Assembly (NCBI RefSeq): GCF_009914755.1
Contig: NC_060940.1
Strand: one strand, 5' to 3'
DNA from: the human T2T-CHM13v2.0 reference genome, Homo sapiens
Length of the DNA stretch: 64,000 nt
Shown: in pieces, positions 41,175 to 56,060 of the stretch
How positions within the stretch are numbered: position 1 is the first letter of the stretch
How the letters are laid out: every line of letters begins with the position of its first letter
The notes under the pieces: generated by a model
The model's input: only the letters and a program-made list of their open reading frames with translations
What the model was told of the DNA's origin: nothing
Databases searched by the model: none
Position numbers and translations under genes: made by a program

Positions 41175-41665
41175 TCACCTATTTATTAATAAGTTATATT
41201 CTAAAAATATTTACAAAGCTTTTTAGAGCAAGGAAAACTAAAGGTAGCTTCCAGAAACCTAGGTGAGAGAGGATTGTGGGGAGGTCTCAGGCATTGCCAT
41301 TAGCTACTAATTGATACTTGGGGCCAGTAGCAAGGTAACTCCAGCTTAAATGATGAAGTTTACATTCTAGGATTGGAGGAAATTGCTTGTTTCCCAATGT
41401 AAAATTTGCTAATTTTAGGTTGTCTTCCTTGATATGATATTGAGATAAAAGCTGTGCTACTTGTGGCTTATTAAAGTGAATTGTACCATATAGTGGCTAT
41501 ATAGTTAGGGTTAGGTTGCAGGTTGTGTTTTATTTCAATGAATGATAAAATAATAATTTGCCATGTCTTCTAATAAGAGTGAAAAAGTGAAAATGAATCT
41601 GTATGCAACATTATTTTTATTTCTTAATACATTTTGGGAAACTTAATTGCAACTGTGTGGTTCAG

Positions 41666-41753
41666 GGATTTAGTGCAAGAAGAAGAACAGTTGATGGAAG
41701 AAAAGAAAAAGAAAAAAGACGACAAGAAAAAGAAGGAAGCTGCTCAAAAGAAG
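41666..41753 (+). CDS. TNRC6A: TNRC6A coding exon 3 (88 nt; (R)[29 protein letters not shown])
   Basis: Acceptor TTCAG ending 41665; donor AAG|GTAGTA at 41754; phase-compatible with exon 2; peptide matches the recalled TNRC6A N-terminus. Confidence 0.95.
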
Positions 41754-44700
41754 GTAGTATGTGTGTAAACTATTTATATTAAGCAGTTTAAACATAGAAT
41801 TAAAAAAAAATTACTCTTACAGATTTTGAAGGCATTTATTTGATTTAATGTTTTAGCTTTAATGGAGATTCATTTTAATATTTAATGTCTTTGAATATGC
41901 ATATAAAGTAACTTGCTGAGTTTGTACAATTTAATGCATATTTAATCTTGTCAATAGTTTTTCAAAGGTAAGTACATTTTATGGATCTTTATCTTTCAAA
42001 TAGCTGTTCCTAGGTGTTTCATAATATATCATTTTATAAGTGGGAAGAGCATGGAATTTGCAGCCAAGTTGAGAGTATTTGAAATCTCACTCTCCCACAT
42101 AGCACATAGAATGGTGTGACTTTAGATTTTATTTAGCCTCTCTGGGCCTTAGTTTCCTTGTGTTTTGTTAAATGAGGGTTGAATTGAGATGATGTTATTA
42201 TATGTAATACAGAAATAGAGTATTAAAGGAAAATGTAATAGACATAATAGGAAGTAAAGTGTCAGTTTCTTTTTCCCTCTTTATTTAGTACCTGGGCTGA
42301 TTTTTAAAGTGTGCAGTGTACATTAGCCTTAAAATAAACCTCGGACATTGTTTACTGCAAGGGAATTCTAAACTAGCTAATTTAGTATAGGAAACTATAA
42401 TTCAATGCAAAGTAAGTTAAAAAAATCTGTAATTATTAAAAATTTTCCATTTAATTGTTACATACCAAACAATTGTATTAGTATTGTTAATACTAAAAAC
42501 TGATAATAGTTAGCTAAATGGGCACTCATCTCCTACTATGTCAAGGTTTCAAGACATTAAAATGCTCTAAAAACCTAGTGAAATTACTGTTTCAATTATC
42601 TGTTGTAATGAAAAATTATTTTAATTTCTAATATATGCCTTTTTTGAGCCAGGCATTGTGCTAGGAACTGGATGTAGACTATAGCAAGATACTTATGTCC
42701 ACATTATTTAATAGGGGAAAACACAGGCTGTAAAAATGGCAGGTGAGGCATTTATGGGGAACTGTTGCAGTACAGAGAGAGAGGTGCATAACTCAGGCTG
42801 AAATGGGGCAGAGGGACAGAGAAATTTCGTTAGAGTAGAAATTAGGTGAATAAGGAGCAGAATAGAAAAGGATTCCAAACAGTGAAAACTCAGAAATACT
42901 TGGTAGCCTGTATGCATTAAAGGATGGGTTTTGCTTGGGGGAAAGGGAGGGAACCAAGGGTAGAACTCTGAAGAGTTGAACTAGGAAAGGCTAGGAGGTT
43001 TTCTCAAGGCTTTGGGGAAAATGCTGAAAATGTTTTAGTAGAGTGACATAAAAGTTTGTATTTTAGTATGTTTACCTTGGAAAATTGTGGAATTGGTTTA
43101 GAGGGGGTAGATACCAGAGTGTGAAATACTGGTGAAGGGACTATTAAAGTAATCCACAGAATTTGTTTAAAGGATATAGAGGGAGAGTCAGCTTAGATTG
43201 ACTCGCAGGTTCCAGATGAGTGACTACATTTGAGAGGAGTTAATCAGGCTAGGGGATACAAAGAAAGGAGAAATGATAAATAATTCAGTTCTGCATGTCC
43301 TGAGCCTAGGGGTGTCATCAGCAAGTATTAGGGGAGGAGAATTAAGTATGAGATGAGAGGAGATGATGTGGCCCTAGCCACCTGCCTTTTGCTTGCTCTT
43401 AGGGGTGCCTGGGAAGGGATGCATAGGTATATGCCATGGTTAGGGTTTTGGTAGGCTTCTCGTGGTTTGGTATTGATGGATGTCTTGGGCCTCTGTCAGA
43501 GGCTGTTTATGTAGGACAGTCTTTGCAGTCTGGTCGGTCATTGCTCGAGATTTCTTATGAGAAAGTTGTGTCCTCTGTAAGTCTGAGGTTGGGGTAAAGG
43601 CTTATCAGACTCTTGTTCCATGGTGTGAAAGGCCATTTGCCCAATGAAAAGAGCTTCTAAGAAACTTAAGAGGTTTATTGAAAAGGATGGTTGGATATAC
43701 TTTATGTAGATTCAGTAGTTTGGCAAGCATCTGAGTGTTGAATTAGGCTCTGTTGGTCCCTGTGTCTAAGGAGTTCAAGAATTAGCTGATAAGTCAGAAT
43801 GTATGTGAAATGGCTAGAGAAGAGGCCTAAGACAATATATAAGCGTATTTGTTTGGAATTTATTCTATTTACTGAGAAATTTTAAGAAAGGGAGGGGTCA
43901 CTTGAATGATGTCTTTAAATATTGTATTTTTGTGAATATAATTTTAAAGTTGTAACATATACAGCAATGGCTCTAATTGTTACAAGTAAATCTTTACATT
44001 CTTGTATAATCAAATCTCTAAATCACCAAGTCAGTATAAGTGGTCACTTATGTGTAGGCAGCTTATAAATAAGCCTGTAACACATGAGTGGTGATTATTG
44101 TGCCATTTGACTTCTCACCAAATCTGAAGTGACAGCTTTTCATACTGTTGCCCACTTCATTCCTGTCTCACCCCATGGTTCCAGTCTCTCACCTCAACCA
44201 TGTCCTTACTAGAACCATCATCAGAAGCTTAGGGATATAAGAAGTTTTTCCTTCTTTTGCCAGATCTTCAGCACTGATAGGGTATTCCTGTGTGTCTCAT
44301 AGACACATCATAGTATCTACCCACTGAACACAATATAAAGGAAGGTTTAATACCTCTAATAAATGTTAAGTTTAGCAGGCTAGGCCGCTACTGTAAATTA
44401 GACTGTTCTCCAAATTTCAAATAATCAGCTTACAACTGAATTTGAATACAACCTGTCGGTGAAGTGAGGACAGCTGGTATTTCCATAGAGTGTTACCAGA
44501 TAGCTCTTGAAAAGAAAAGAAAACCCCCAAATGACACACTTATAGCCCATATGAGGAATTGTGAGTCACAGGGTTTTTAAGACAGGTTTCCTGGAACTTG
44601 TCTTTTGTCGCTAGTAGGAGCCAGCAGGTGTATCCAGGCAGATATCTACATGAGCCAGGTGGGCAGGCCCATTTATATAAATGTTGGCACATAAACTCAC

Positions 44701-46374
44701 TACAGTAAAAAGTATTTTATGTAATTTATATTTTCTTATTTTTGAAAAAGGCCAGATATTATCTGTTCTAATACATTTGTTCATTTTTAATATAAGGAAC
44801 CTAAGCATCAGAATGAATTAAGTGATTGACCTTGGTTTTATCATGGTGACAGAACCAGGAATATAATTGAAATCTCTCTCCTCCAGCTGGTGCTTTGCCA
44901 AAACCCTGTGCCATGACTTTATCCTTTTCATGCAGAACATTATCTTATACTTTGCTTTATTTTTTGTCATTTAAAGGTGAACTTTAAAATTGGAAAATAA
45001 TATATTGTGATAATTTTTATAATAGGGTATAAAATAGGTTCTTATACCATGAATACAGAAAATGCATACATTTAATGGTCCCCAGTAGCCACTGTGGTTT
45101 TTTTAAAATTAACACCATGGGTTATTTTCTATTTTAAATAAAAAGCCAGATAACACAACTTCCTATAAAAACAATTAGACACCGACGAGCCTTACAACGA
45201 TATTTTCGTTTTGATAGTTTTTATTATCCTATCATTTAAATATTAATTTACATATTTAGATTCTTTAAAGAGCTTTTTCACATTAAAAACAGGGTGATTT
45301 GTATTGTATTTCAGCCCCAATACATTTCTAATTAATATGGAGACCGATGACTTTTGTTCTTAAAATTTTTTGAAAAGCCTTTTCATCAAAGATTATGTAT
45401 AACACTCTTTTCTGTTTCATATCTAAGAACCAGGGCTATTATTTTCTGATTCTTGGGCTTAGAAAATAATTTGACAGAGCATGGAAATGTAGTTTCCATA
45501 CTTTAAAAAAAGGAGGGGGGTGACAGTAGTAGCAGTAGGTTACCATGGATTTCTCTCCAGGTTCTGTTTTTAGAAGAAATTTCTCCAAGGGATCTTAAGG
45601 GAAATGTAATGAGGAGGAAAATAGAGGTTGAGAAATAGGTTAATTATAGAGGGGTAGTTTAGTGTAACCTTTACTTGAAGCATGCAATTGTAGTTCCTAG
45701 AAAGCATATAATCGTTGAAGGCCGAGGGGAAGCAACAATACAAGTTGGGATCTCTTGGTGTTGAGAATGTTTCAACATCCATGGGCTTTTTGCTGTTACT
45801 GTGTTAAGAGCTGAAGGGATTTTTATAGGTGTTATTGACTTAAATATACCAAATTCAAGTTTAAATGAGACCTAGGTTTTAGAGAGCTTCCAGCTTTATT
45901 GCCATTTTTGAGGATCATATTCAGCAGCTTAATTAGTAAATTTTCTCAGTAACCTTGGTGGTAACATGACCAGGCCTGAGTTGTGCTCTCATAGAGGGCA
46001 GTTAGGTGTTCTCTTACAGTCTTGCCCCTCATTGCACCTTACACTTCTCTTTTCCTCTTTTATAAAACTCATTTTATTCAACAGATCTGGATTCTAGACT
46101 GAGTGCTGATTGCTAAGTCATAGGAAAGCTCTCTGAGCACTAGGTGTCTCATTTAAAATCAGTGAATTGAGCTAGATTAATTCTTTATTCTTAATGTTAG
46201 GTTGTAATACTTGGCACTGTTAAGACATTGTAGATGATCAGAAAAAAAGAAAAGCAAGACCTGGAAGGGATGAATGTAGAGTCAGCTTATTTCCAACAGT
46301 GAGAGCCAATACTGAGCCAAAGCATGGGCAGATAGGCTGAAGATAGCAGCCGCCAGCGCCACAGCAGCAGCTGA

Positions 46375-46990
46375 TGTCTGCTGAATGCTTTCTATATGTC
46401 AGGCTTTGTCCTAAGTGCTTTTATATGAGTTAAATCCCTTTAACCTTACAACTCTGAGGTGGGTGTTTTTGCCACAGTTCTATAGATGAGGAAACTAAGC
46501 TTTAGAGAAGTTAACACATTTGACCATGGTCACACAGTGTAAGTGGCAGAGCCAGGTAGGCAGTCAGGCTTTAGATCCTGAGGTCTTAACGAAGTGTGCT
46601 TCAGGACCATGTTGTTGGGACAAGCAGTGCAGAGCCTGACAGGCAAAGCAAGTGGAGTGCTGTGCTCTGCCACTGCACTGCTGTCTTCAGTAATGAAGGA
46701 GGCAGTTGTGATCATTGCTGGTGGAACCATAGCTCAGATTTTTTTTTTAAAGAATAATGTATTAAAAATGGAAATCATTTTGCTTCTAGATTGGCCAGAA
46801 TCTTTTAATTATCTGTATGAGAGGATTTACAGTGATACTTCACATTTGAAGTAGTGTTGTATAGTTTTTCAAAAAAAATCTTTCACATTTTATTATTTGA
46901 CCCTCATAATAACCCTGAAAGGTAAGCAGGACAGTTATTTTGTCCATTTGAGAGATTAGGAAACTGAGACCCAGAGGGTTTAAATGATCA
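46375..46990 (-). mobile_element. MIR elements (~46375-46590, ~46880-46990)
   Basis: MIR core 'tagatgaggaaactaagctttagagaagttaa' and 'ggaaactgagacccagagggttt'. Confidence 0.75.
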
Positions 46991-47014
46991 GAGCATTTCA
47001 AAGTAAAAATAACC

Positions 47015-47237
47015 AGATTAATTTTAATATATTTTATATAACCTAATATAGCTAAAATGTTACTATTTTGACATGTCAGTATAAAGTATTTTTAATAAGG
47101 CATCTTGTGTTCTTTTAAAAATACCAAATATTAGAAATTTGGTGTGTATTTTGCTCATCTCAGTTCAGACTAGCCACATTTCAGTCAGTGGTCGGTAGCC
47201 ACATGTGGCAAGTGGCTGTTGTTTTGGATAGTGCAGA
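47015..47237. mobile_element. MER33-like hAT MITE
   Basis: 'ctagccacatttcag…tagccacatgtggcaagtggct…ttggatagtgcag' terminus. Confidence 0.7.
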
Positions 47238-49279
47238 CAATTACTCTTAAAATGACTGATCCCACCTGGAAAATTCTTTTTAATAATTTGAATAATATAC
47301 TAGGTCTCCAGACCAGCCCGCAAAAACCTGTTTTAAAAAAGTGGAACTCTTAGTTCCGTTTCTTCCCATTCCATGAGGAGCTCTTGGTTTCTATACTACT
47401 ACTTTCATTCCTTGTATACATTAAATCCGATTCTTAGGGGCAGACACACCTTAGGTGTCTCCATGGGGCCATTCTCTGTTGATGACAGAATACTGAATGA
47501 GGTTGACCGTTGTTTTAAAGCATCTTTTTCCAAAGGAGTTGTATAGCATATATCCTTTATGTTGTAAGGCCTAAAAGAGCAACATGGTATACTTTGTTTT
47601 GTTTTGCTTTTTTGTAGAGATGGGGTTTCGCCATATTGGCCAGGCTGGTCTCAAACTCCTGGCCTCAAGCATCTGCCTGTCTTCTGCCTCCCAAAGTGCT
47701 GGGATAACAGGCGTGAGCTGCACCTGGCCTACTTTGGGTTTTTATGTGGTCATTGTTTCTATGTTCTGAAACTTAGTTTCCATTGGAAGTAAATTGTGAA
47801 AGAGACCAGGAGAGTGTTTTTTGTCTGTTTGTTTTGTTTTTTTTTAAGCCTTTCAACGTGTAAAAGAAATTTTCTGCTAATTCTTTGGCTTCAGAAGATT
47901 ATGCATCTTATTGTTTGACATGACATTTCTGATACCTAAAAGTGTTCATATACTAACTTCTCTCTAATAAGACTTGTTTTTCTACTCTCAGATTTTAAAA
48001 ATGATTTTCCCAGAAACAAATGAAGTGTTGTTAGCTAGTTGACTGGTTGTTTGGCATTGTCTTTCCATCAAAATTTTTTTTTTCATTTAAATTTTGATCC
48101 ATAGAGTAAAAGATGAGCCTCCATTATTTTGTATTTCACTAGTGCTCTAAAACTTAGCAAAGCACTTACGTGGTGGAGCAAGACTCCCTGGCTTTCTGGG
48201 GAAAGATTAATGTTTGGTGTGGCTTCAATATTAGGGTAGTTACTATAGCTTTTACCCATATATCTATAATAGTATAATTTAAAATGGTATTTTTGATAAC
48301 AGTAATTTCATATAACTAAGCAAAATGAATTATGCCCCATGGCAGCTAAGAAAAGCTTTATTGCTATTTAGAAACAACAACTGGTTATTCAGTTACTAAT
48401 TATTCAGTCTTTTCTCACCTCCTTTCCTGTTCTTGTATCTGTTATTTTCAGGATTCCCATAATATTGATCTTGATCAACAGATTGATGTTTTGCTTGGGT
48501 TTTTCTGTCTGTGGTTCTTTTTGAAGCCCTTGGGAGTTTGAGCTAGTCACCTCGAGTTAACCCTGCTGTCCTCAAGCCCCTCTCCTCAGTTGTGGTGTCA
48601 GAAAATAAAGGAAGAGCAGACATTGGAAGGCAGTGAAAGCAGAGTTCATGTCAGTTCAGCTTCTGATCACAGTAATTTTAACAGATTGTCAGATGTGTCA
48701 GAAGTGATAAATCAGTTTGAAATTTTTTTCCACTCAAAAATACTTAGATACTTAAAAGTTGACTAAGTTTAATTGCAATAGCAGCCTAACCTCCAGGAGT
48801 TAAATTTATTACTAATTTGGCTAAAGTGATTATATGTACAGCTTTTCTTACAGAAAACCTAATTCGTCTTTTTATCACTTGTAACAATTTTTGAAGCCAT
48901 TTAAACATGCAAAATATATTAAATCCATTAAATGTAAAGGTGACAGTTTGTATAAAAATCATTTTTAAAGGACATGAGAAAAGTGCAGCTCCCATTTAAA
49001 AAATTATATACTGTCATACAGTGATGTCTTCTATGCTTAGTGTCACAAAAATTAGGTATTTTAAATTAATAAACATAGTATCAGGGATAATGGGGCACAT
49101 CTGTGGGAAAAGCATGCTTTCCTTGCATATCTTTTCCTGTGCAGTTCATCTATTTGAGAAATTCCTTGTTTAATAAAGGTGTATATGTCTTATATTAATA
49201 TATGAACATTTTATCATAACAGTCCATTTCTTTCAGTTTCATATTTACATTGTTTTTTGTTTGTTTGTTTTTATTTTAG

Positions 49280-49301
49280 GCCACTGAACAAAAAATCAAA
49301 G
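49280..49301 (+). CDS. TNRC6A: TNRC6A coding exon 4, 22-nt microexon (ATEQKIK + first base of Val)
   Basis: T-rich tract ending TTTTAG at 49279; GCC ACT GAA CAA AAA ATC AAA G; donor AAG|GTACGT at 49302; continues the recalled protein (…QKKATEQKIKVPEQ…). Confidence 0.93.
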
Positions 49302-52300
49302 GTACGTTGTTTAAAGCTATTTTTTATCCCTTTTTTCATTAAAGCAAGGTTGTTTATGTGCATTTTTGTTCACCTCAAGGATGGGAGAGAGAAGAGCATG
49401 AAAGAAGCGGTTGGGATTAGCCTTCTTCAGTAACATACCCTGGGGTCGTCCTTTGGAATTTCATGGTTATTGTGGTGTATGTGACCACATTTAGAGTGCA
49501 CTGCCTCAGACCTGCCTTAAAGCTGTGTCATAGGATAAGAGTAAGCACTGCTTCCTAATGTACTCCCTTGTTTTGACTCTTGGGGCACAGGCACCTTTCC
49601 TTCAGTCTTCCTTCTAAAAGTCTTCTTGTGTGGGGTAACCTCTAGGACCCCACTGTATCCCTTAAGAGTTCTGCCTCCTTTATTTCTTGTTCTCTGAAGA
49701 ATGTCCCCCATTCCTTCTTATAGACAGATAGTGACATCCATCTCTGTATTATCACTTAGAATAGTAGATTGCAAACCTTACACATTGTGTCAGGTTTGAA
49801 CAGCACCCATTAGACCCCAAGCAAAAGACATCGGAGTGATAAGGAAACAGGACACTAATTCCTCTCAGATCCTGAATCAGGAGTTCTTCACCCTCCCAGG
49901 AGCTACTTGGTAATAAAGGTGTAAAGCTCTCAGGTGCTGAACTTATTAAGCCTCAAGATTCTGAATTTTTATTTTAAGCTCTATCAAAAGTATAATCTTA
50001 CCCCTCAAAAAAAAGATGAATAAAGGAATGAAATGGTTCAAAGAAGGAATGAAATGGTTCAAGCATGATTCAAGACACAGAGATAAGAAATAACATGATG
50101 TGGCTTGCAGTGGTGGAATTCCTAGAGCGTTAAATATTCAGTGATAAGTGGGCAGGGTTGAGGCTGAAAAGATAGATAGGGGCCAGGTCAAAGTGGGTTA
50201 ATTTATGTGCTGTTTGTACCAACAAGCTTGGACTTTGTATGTGACAGGCAGTTAGGAGGCATTCAAGACTTAAGCAGAGTGACATGGTGCTTTGTTTTAC
50301 GTTGTTTTCCATTTTTTAAAGCTATCAACTACTGTACATGGAAAGTATTGGTTGGAAGACAGGTAGGGATTTGAAAGGTAGAGCTAAGAGAAGAAAGGCA
50401 TTGTGAGCAGAGGAGGCAGGTAGACAGCATGGGGAATACGACGTGCATCTTTTGTCTCTAGAGTTGGGGGGAAGTGACTGAATATAGGCCTGGAGATAGA
50501 GGGAGCCACAGGGCTTCATGCTGGTTAAGCCAGCAAAGGTGTTTGGATTTGGAATGTCATGGTCATAAGCTGTGGAAATTTAACTTTGCCAGTAGTGCCT
50601 AAAGTCACCAATAGAAGCAAGATTAGAGAGGGTCATGAGGGTTTGAACTGAGGTCTTGGCAGTAGAGGTAGAAGGTGGGTGACAGATGTGTGAGGGATAA
50701 TTGACAGGACTGGCAACTGATGAGATCAGAAGAGGAGTTGAAGGCGCATTTGTGGCTTTGAACTTGGAATGTCTAAGACAGTTACAAGGATGCGGAATGT
50801 AGGGAGGAACATTGCCAAATTAGTAGGAATGTTACCAAATTAATTTTCCTAAAACTCTATTTTCCCCACCCCTCTCCCCCACATAGCAATGGTAAGTTGT
50901 CCCTATTTGTTCTTGCTTCAAGACCAAACTCCTTTGCTTAGCTTTCAAGGCCCTCATTAATCTAACCTCCCTTGACCTAACCAGCCTGTTTCCCATCAGT
51001 CCTTATACTTTTTAGAGCATTCTTAGCTCTTTCATGTTCATTCTTGTTTCTTTTTTATTCAATTTATCAGCCAAAGATGTCTTTATCAGGCCTTTCAGCT
51101 TTCCTAAACCTCTCAGAGTTCATCCTTGAATGGGTCTCTCCAAGTACCATTGATCTCTCCCTTTCCAGTTTCTTAGGATGTTATAATCTCAAATTTGGGC
51201 ACTTGGTTATATTCTTACATTTTTGACTGATCCTTGGATATTTGTTTCTTCAACGTCTTTGAGTACCTAGTGTTTATATCATTTCTAAATGTAAATAATT
51301 TTCTTCTAGCCTTACATAAAATATGAACATATTTAGTCTTCTTGTTTTTAGATTTTTCCACGACTCTGTAGATGATAGGCTGAGTATATGAAGGTCACTT
51401 CAGAATACATTTTGTTGTTTTGCCAGTGATTTCACTCATGTCATCCTTCTTTTCACGCTGTCTCTCTTCATAATTGTTCCCATTTTTTCTGATTCATGAA
51501 AATGTATTGTTTTATTTCTGTGCTATGTATTTGTCTAGGTAGTATTTATAGTTTGGGGTTCACATAGTGGTTAGAGATTACAAACTGGAGACTTGAGGGG
51601 CAGATGTGGCCTACTTGGTGGTGGTGGTGTTTACTAAACTTTGTATTTTGGAATAATTTTAGATTTACAAAAAAGTTGGAAAGATAGTACAGAGACTTCT
51701 CATATACGCTTCATTCAGTTTCCCCGATTATTAGCATCTTACATTACCATGGTACATTTGTCAAAACTAAAAAACCAACCATGATACTAACCTCACCAGT
51801 TTTTCCATTAACGGCTTTCCATTCTAGGATCCGATGCGAAATGCTGCCTTGCATTTAGTTGTCAGGCCTCCCCAGTTTCTGGTTTCTGCAGTGTTTTTAT
51901 TGTTATCCTGTACATTTTAAAATGACTGCCAACATTTAAAAATCAGAAGAGTCTGCCTATTCCAGAATTCCTGCTTCTCTTACAGTTCATAATGTCAGTA
52001 TGATTTTTTTCTCTTTCTGTGTTGTAGAGTCTGTGTAAAGACCAAGTTTAGCCACATGTGGCTGTCAAGTACCAGAAATGGGACTGTGACTGAGGAACTA
52101 AATTTTTAATCTTACGGGACAACATAGCTCTAAAGTGTAATGGGCAACGTAATGACGTTCTTGAAAGTTTTATTCTTGTGACTTCAACTTTGAAAAACTG
52201 TAAAGAACACAAATATTTGAATATTTAAAAAATCTTTTAAAATATGTCTCTTACGAGTATGTCCTTGAAACAGCAGGAGAGTGAAGTGCTAAAAAACTTC

Positions 52301-52459
52301 AGGTGAGGTATAGGGATAGATGGATAAATTTTAAGATGCCCTGTGGTATATGTAATGTAAAGGCAAGGAAAGAGCTAATGTTCCTTCTTCAGAGTGTCCT
52401 TGGGAACTTGGTTGAGAATAAGAAAATTTTTTAAAAACAGTTTTACAACTCTGGCATTG

Positions 52460-52740
52460 ACTTTTTTTTTTCTTTTTTTTTAAGGAGACAGGGTCTCGCT
52501 CTGGAGTGTAGTGCACAATCATAGCTCACTGCGGCCTTGAACTTTTGGGCTCAAGCAATCCTCCTGCCTCCTGAGTAGCTGGGACTGTAGGGGCAGGCTA
52601 TTTTTTTTTCTTTTTCTTTTTTTAAACGTGATCATGCTACATTACCCAGGCTGGTCTCAAACTCCTAGACTCACACGATCTTCCTGCCTCAGGCTCCTGA
52701 GTAGTTGGGACTGTAGGCGTGAGCCACCGCAGCTGGCTGA
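52460..52740 (-). mobile_element. Degraded AluJ-like element
   Basis: Antisense Alu motifs with deletions. Confidence 0.85.
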
Positions 52741-54769
52741 CATTGGGTTTTTTGGGAAGCATGTTGATTGTACATTCATTTCAAAAGAATAAGTAAGCAC
52801 TGTTGATTTTTGACAGCTAATTTTCTCTCTCTCTCCTGACCTCTTTTTCCTCTGTCTCTTCCCCTTCTTGTCTCACTCCTTCATATCAGTGCCAGTGCCT
52901 TTTTTGAGTGATTTCATGAGCAAGGTATCTTCCAAAGAGTAATAAACCCCTGAGCTCCTAAGGGAGTTATGGGAAGCCCGGGGAGATCCTAGTGGGAAAC
53001 AGCAATGGAGAAAAAAGGATTGAGATTTTATTTTTTGGGTGATAAAATAGCGAAGTTTAGTTTATTACTGCCGCTCTGTTTCTGGGTTAATTAAAAACTC
53101 ATGAAATTAAGTCAACATTTATACATTTTTTCCTGCCACAATTGGCACAGTTATTTTTTATCAATTCTAGCCTTAATATTTGTTTTTCTGTCAAACACAA
53201 TGTTACTACATCTGGGTGATAAAAATATTCACTATCTATTAAGTCAGCTGCATGTCAAATCATATTGTAGACATTATTATAGCTGACTTAGAGCACCTTC
53301 TATGTGCCAGGCACTGTGCTTTATTTCATTTAATCAAGGAAAATATTCTAAATATTTAACCACTAATAATGAATGGGTATCAGCAGTTCAGAACAGGGTC
53401 CTGAAAGCTTCTTAATGTGCTAAGAGTTACTTTAGTTACTGAATTTTGGAAATCTTTGGGATCCAGAGCAGGGGCTGGGTATTCTGGGACTCACGTAGTC
53501 TATATTTAAAAATTGATGTGAGAGTAGGCCTTCAGTGTATACTAGCACAAGGTAAGTTTACGTTTAATCCTCTCAGCAGCCCTTTGAAAGTAGATATTAG
53601 CACCACTTACAGGTGAAATTAGGCTAGGAAAAATTAACTAACTTGCCCAGGTTATGCAGCTAACGAATGCCTGAGCCAGAATTTGACTACGAACTTGACT
53701 GGGCTCTACCGCTTCTGTTTCTTTAAAAACAGCCCCTGCAGTTACATGGAAGACAAGATGTGAAGGACACACCATTGCTCATGCTGCAACAGTAGTCACT
53801 GAATAAACTAAAACAACTCATCTTTTAAAAGGAATCCAGAAAGATCTTGGAACAGATTTTACAGTATTTCTCTATTGATTAAGCGTGTAGATTTTTTTTT
53901 TTAAAATTGTAGCACCAGTATAATTTTGTGAATCAGAGAATTTGACAGCTTTGTGATGGGTGAGGCATTGGCTCTTAAATTGTTTATTACATCTTTGGTT
54001 GTTGATGAAAATGAACAAGAGTTTTGAGAGCCAAGCAAGCAGCTGATTCTAAAATCTCCTGCATGCTTTGATCTCTATGCAGTAAACACTGATCCTTCTG
54101 TGGAGCAAAACCAGAGTACTAAATTACGTTCAAAGTGTTTTTTTGCTACACCTGTAAGGGAAATGTAATGACAATTTTGCTAAAAAAGAACCCTTCATTT
54201 CATCATTCTTCAAAGGGTGGAGGACCCTTTCTGAAGGGCTTGAATAACAGTTAAATCCTTTTCCAGTATGCCTGTTGACCAGTACATTTGTTAAAATCAT
54301 AGCACACAGTTTAGCCTCTAGAATGTGACTGAGATGGCTAAGTTTGTGTTGAAGGAAGAAGTTTTTAGTTTGTCCCCTTCTCATTAATAAACAGAGCACC
54401 TCTTTACTTTTTCTTTCAGTCATCACTGCCAGTATCATCCATGTTTCACTATCTCATGAGGTCATCTTGAGAAACGAAGGAAATGAAAAATACTTACGTA
54501 ATAATCCATTATTCTAAACTCAGGTTTCATAAAGTGACATTATTTCCTTCATTCATCATTCATGAAATACTTACTGTTTGCCTACCCTGTTTTATGCAAT
54601 GTTATGGTCACTGGTAATAAGCATGAACAAAACAACCCCCAGGTTCCTGTTCCCACTGCACTTCCATTCTCATCTTTATTTTGGTAAAGGTAAATATGTG
54701 ATTAAAGGCCTTTGTCATTTACCTGTGATCTGAACTTATCACTCCATTTTCTCCATAAGATCTTGTTTA

Positions 54770-56060
<1,291 letters not shown>

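Noticed and set aside
48394-48452. Strong-looking acceptor (TACTAAT, pyrimidine tract, CAG) ~830 nt before exon 4
   Set aside because: There is an intervening AG after the branch-like motif and no convincing nearby donor.
50023-50062. 19-nt direct repeat AAGGAATGAAATGGTTCAA (21-bp period)
   Set aside because: Real but a simple two-copy slippage duplication with no functional cue.
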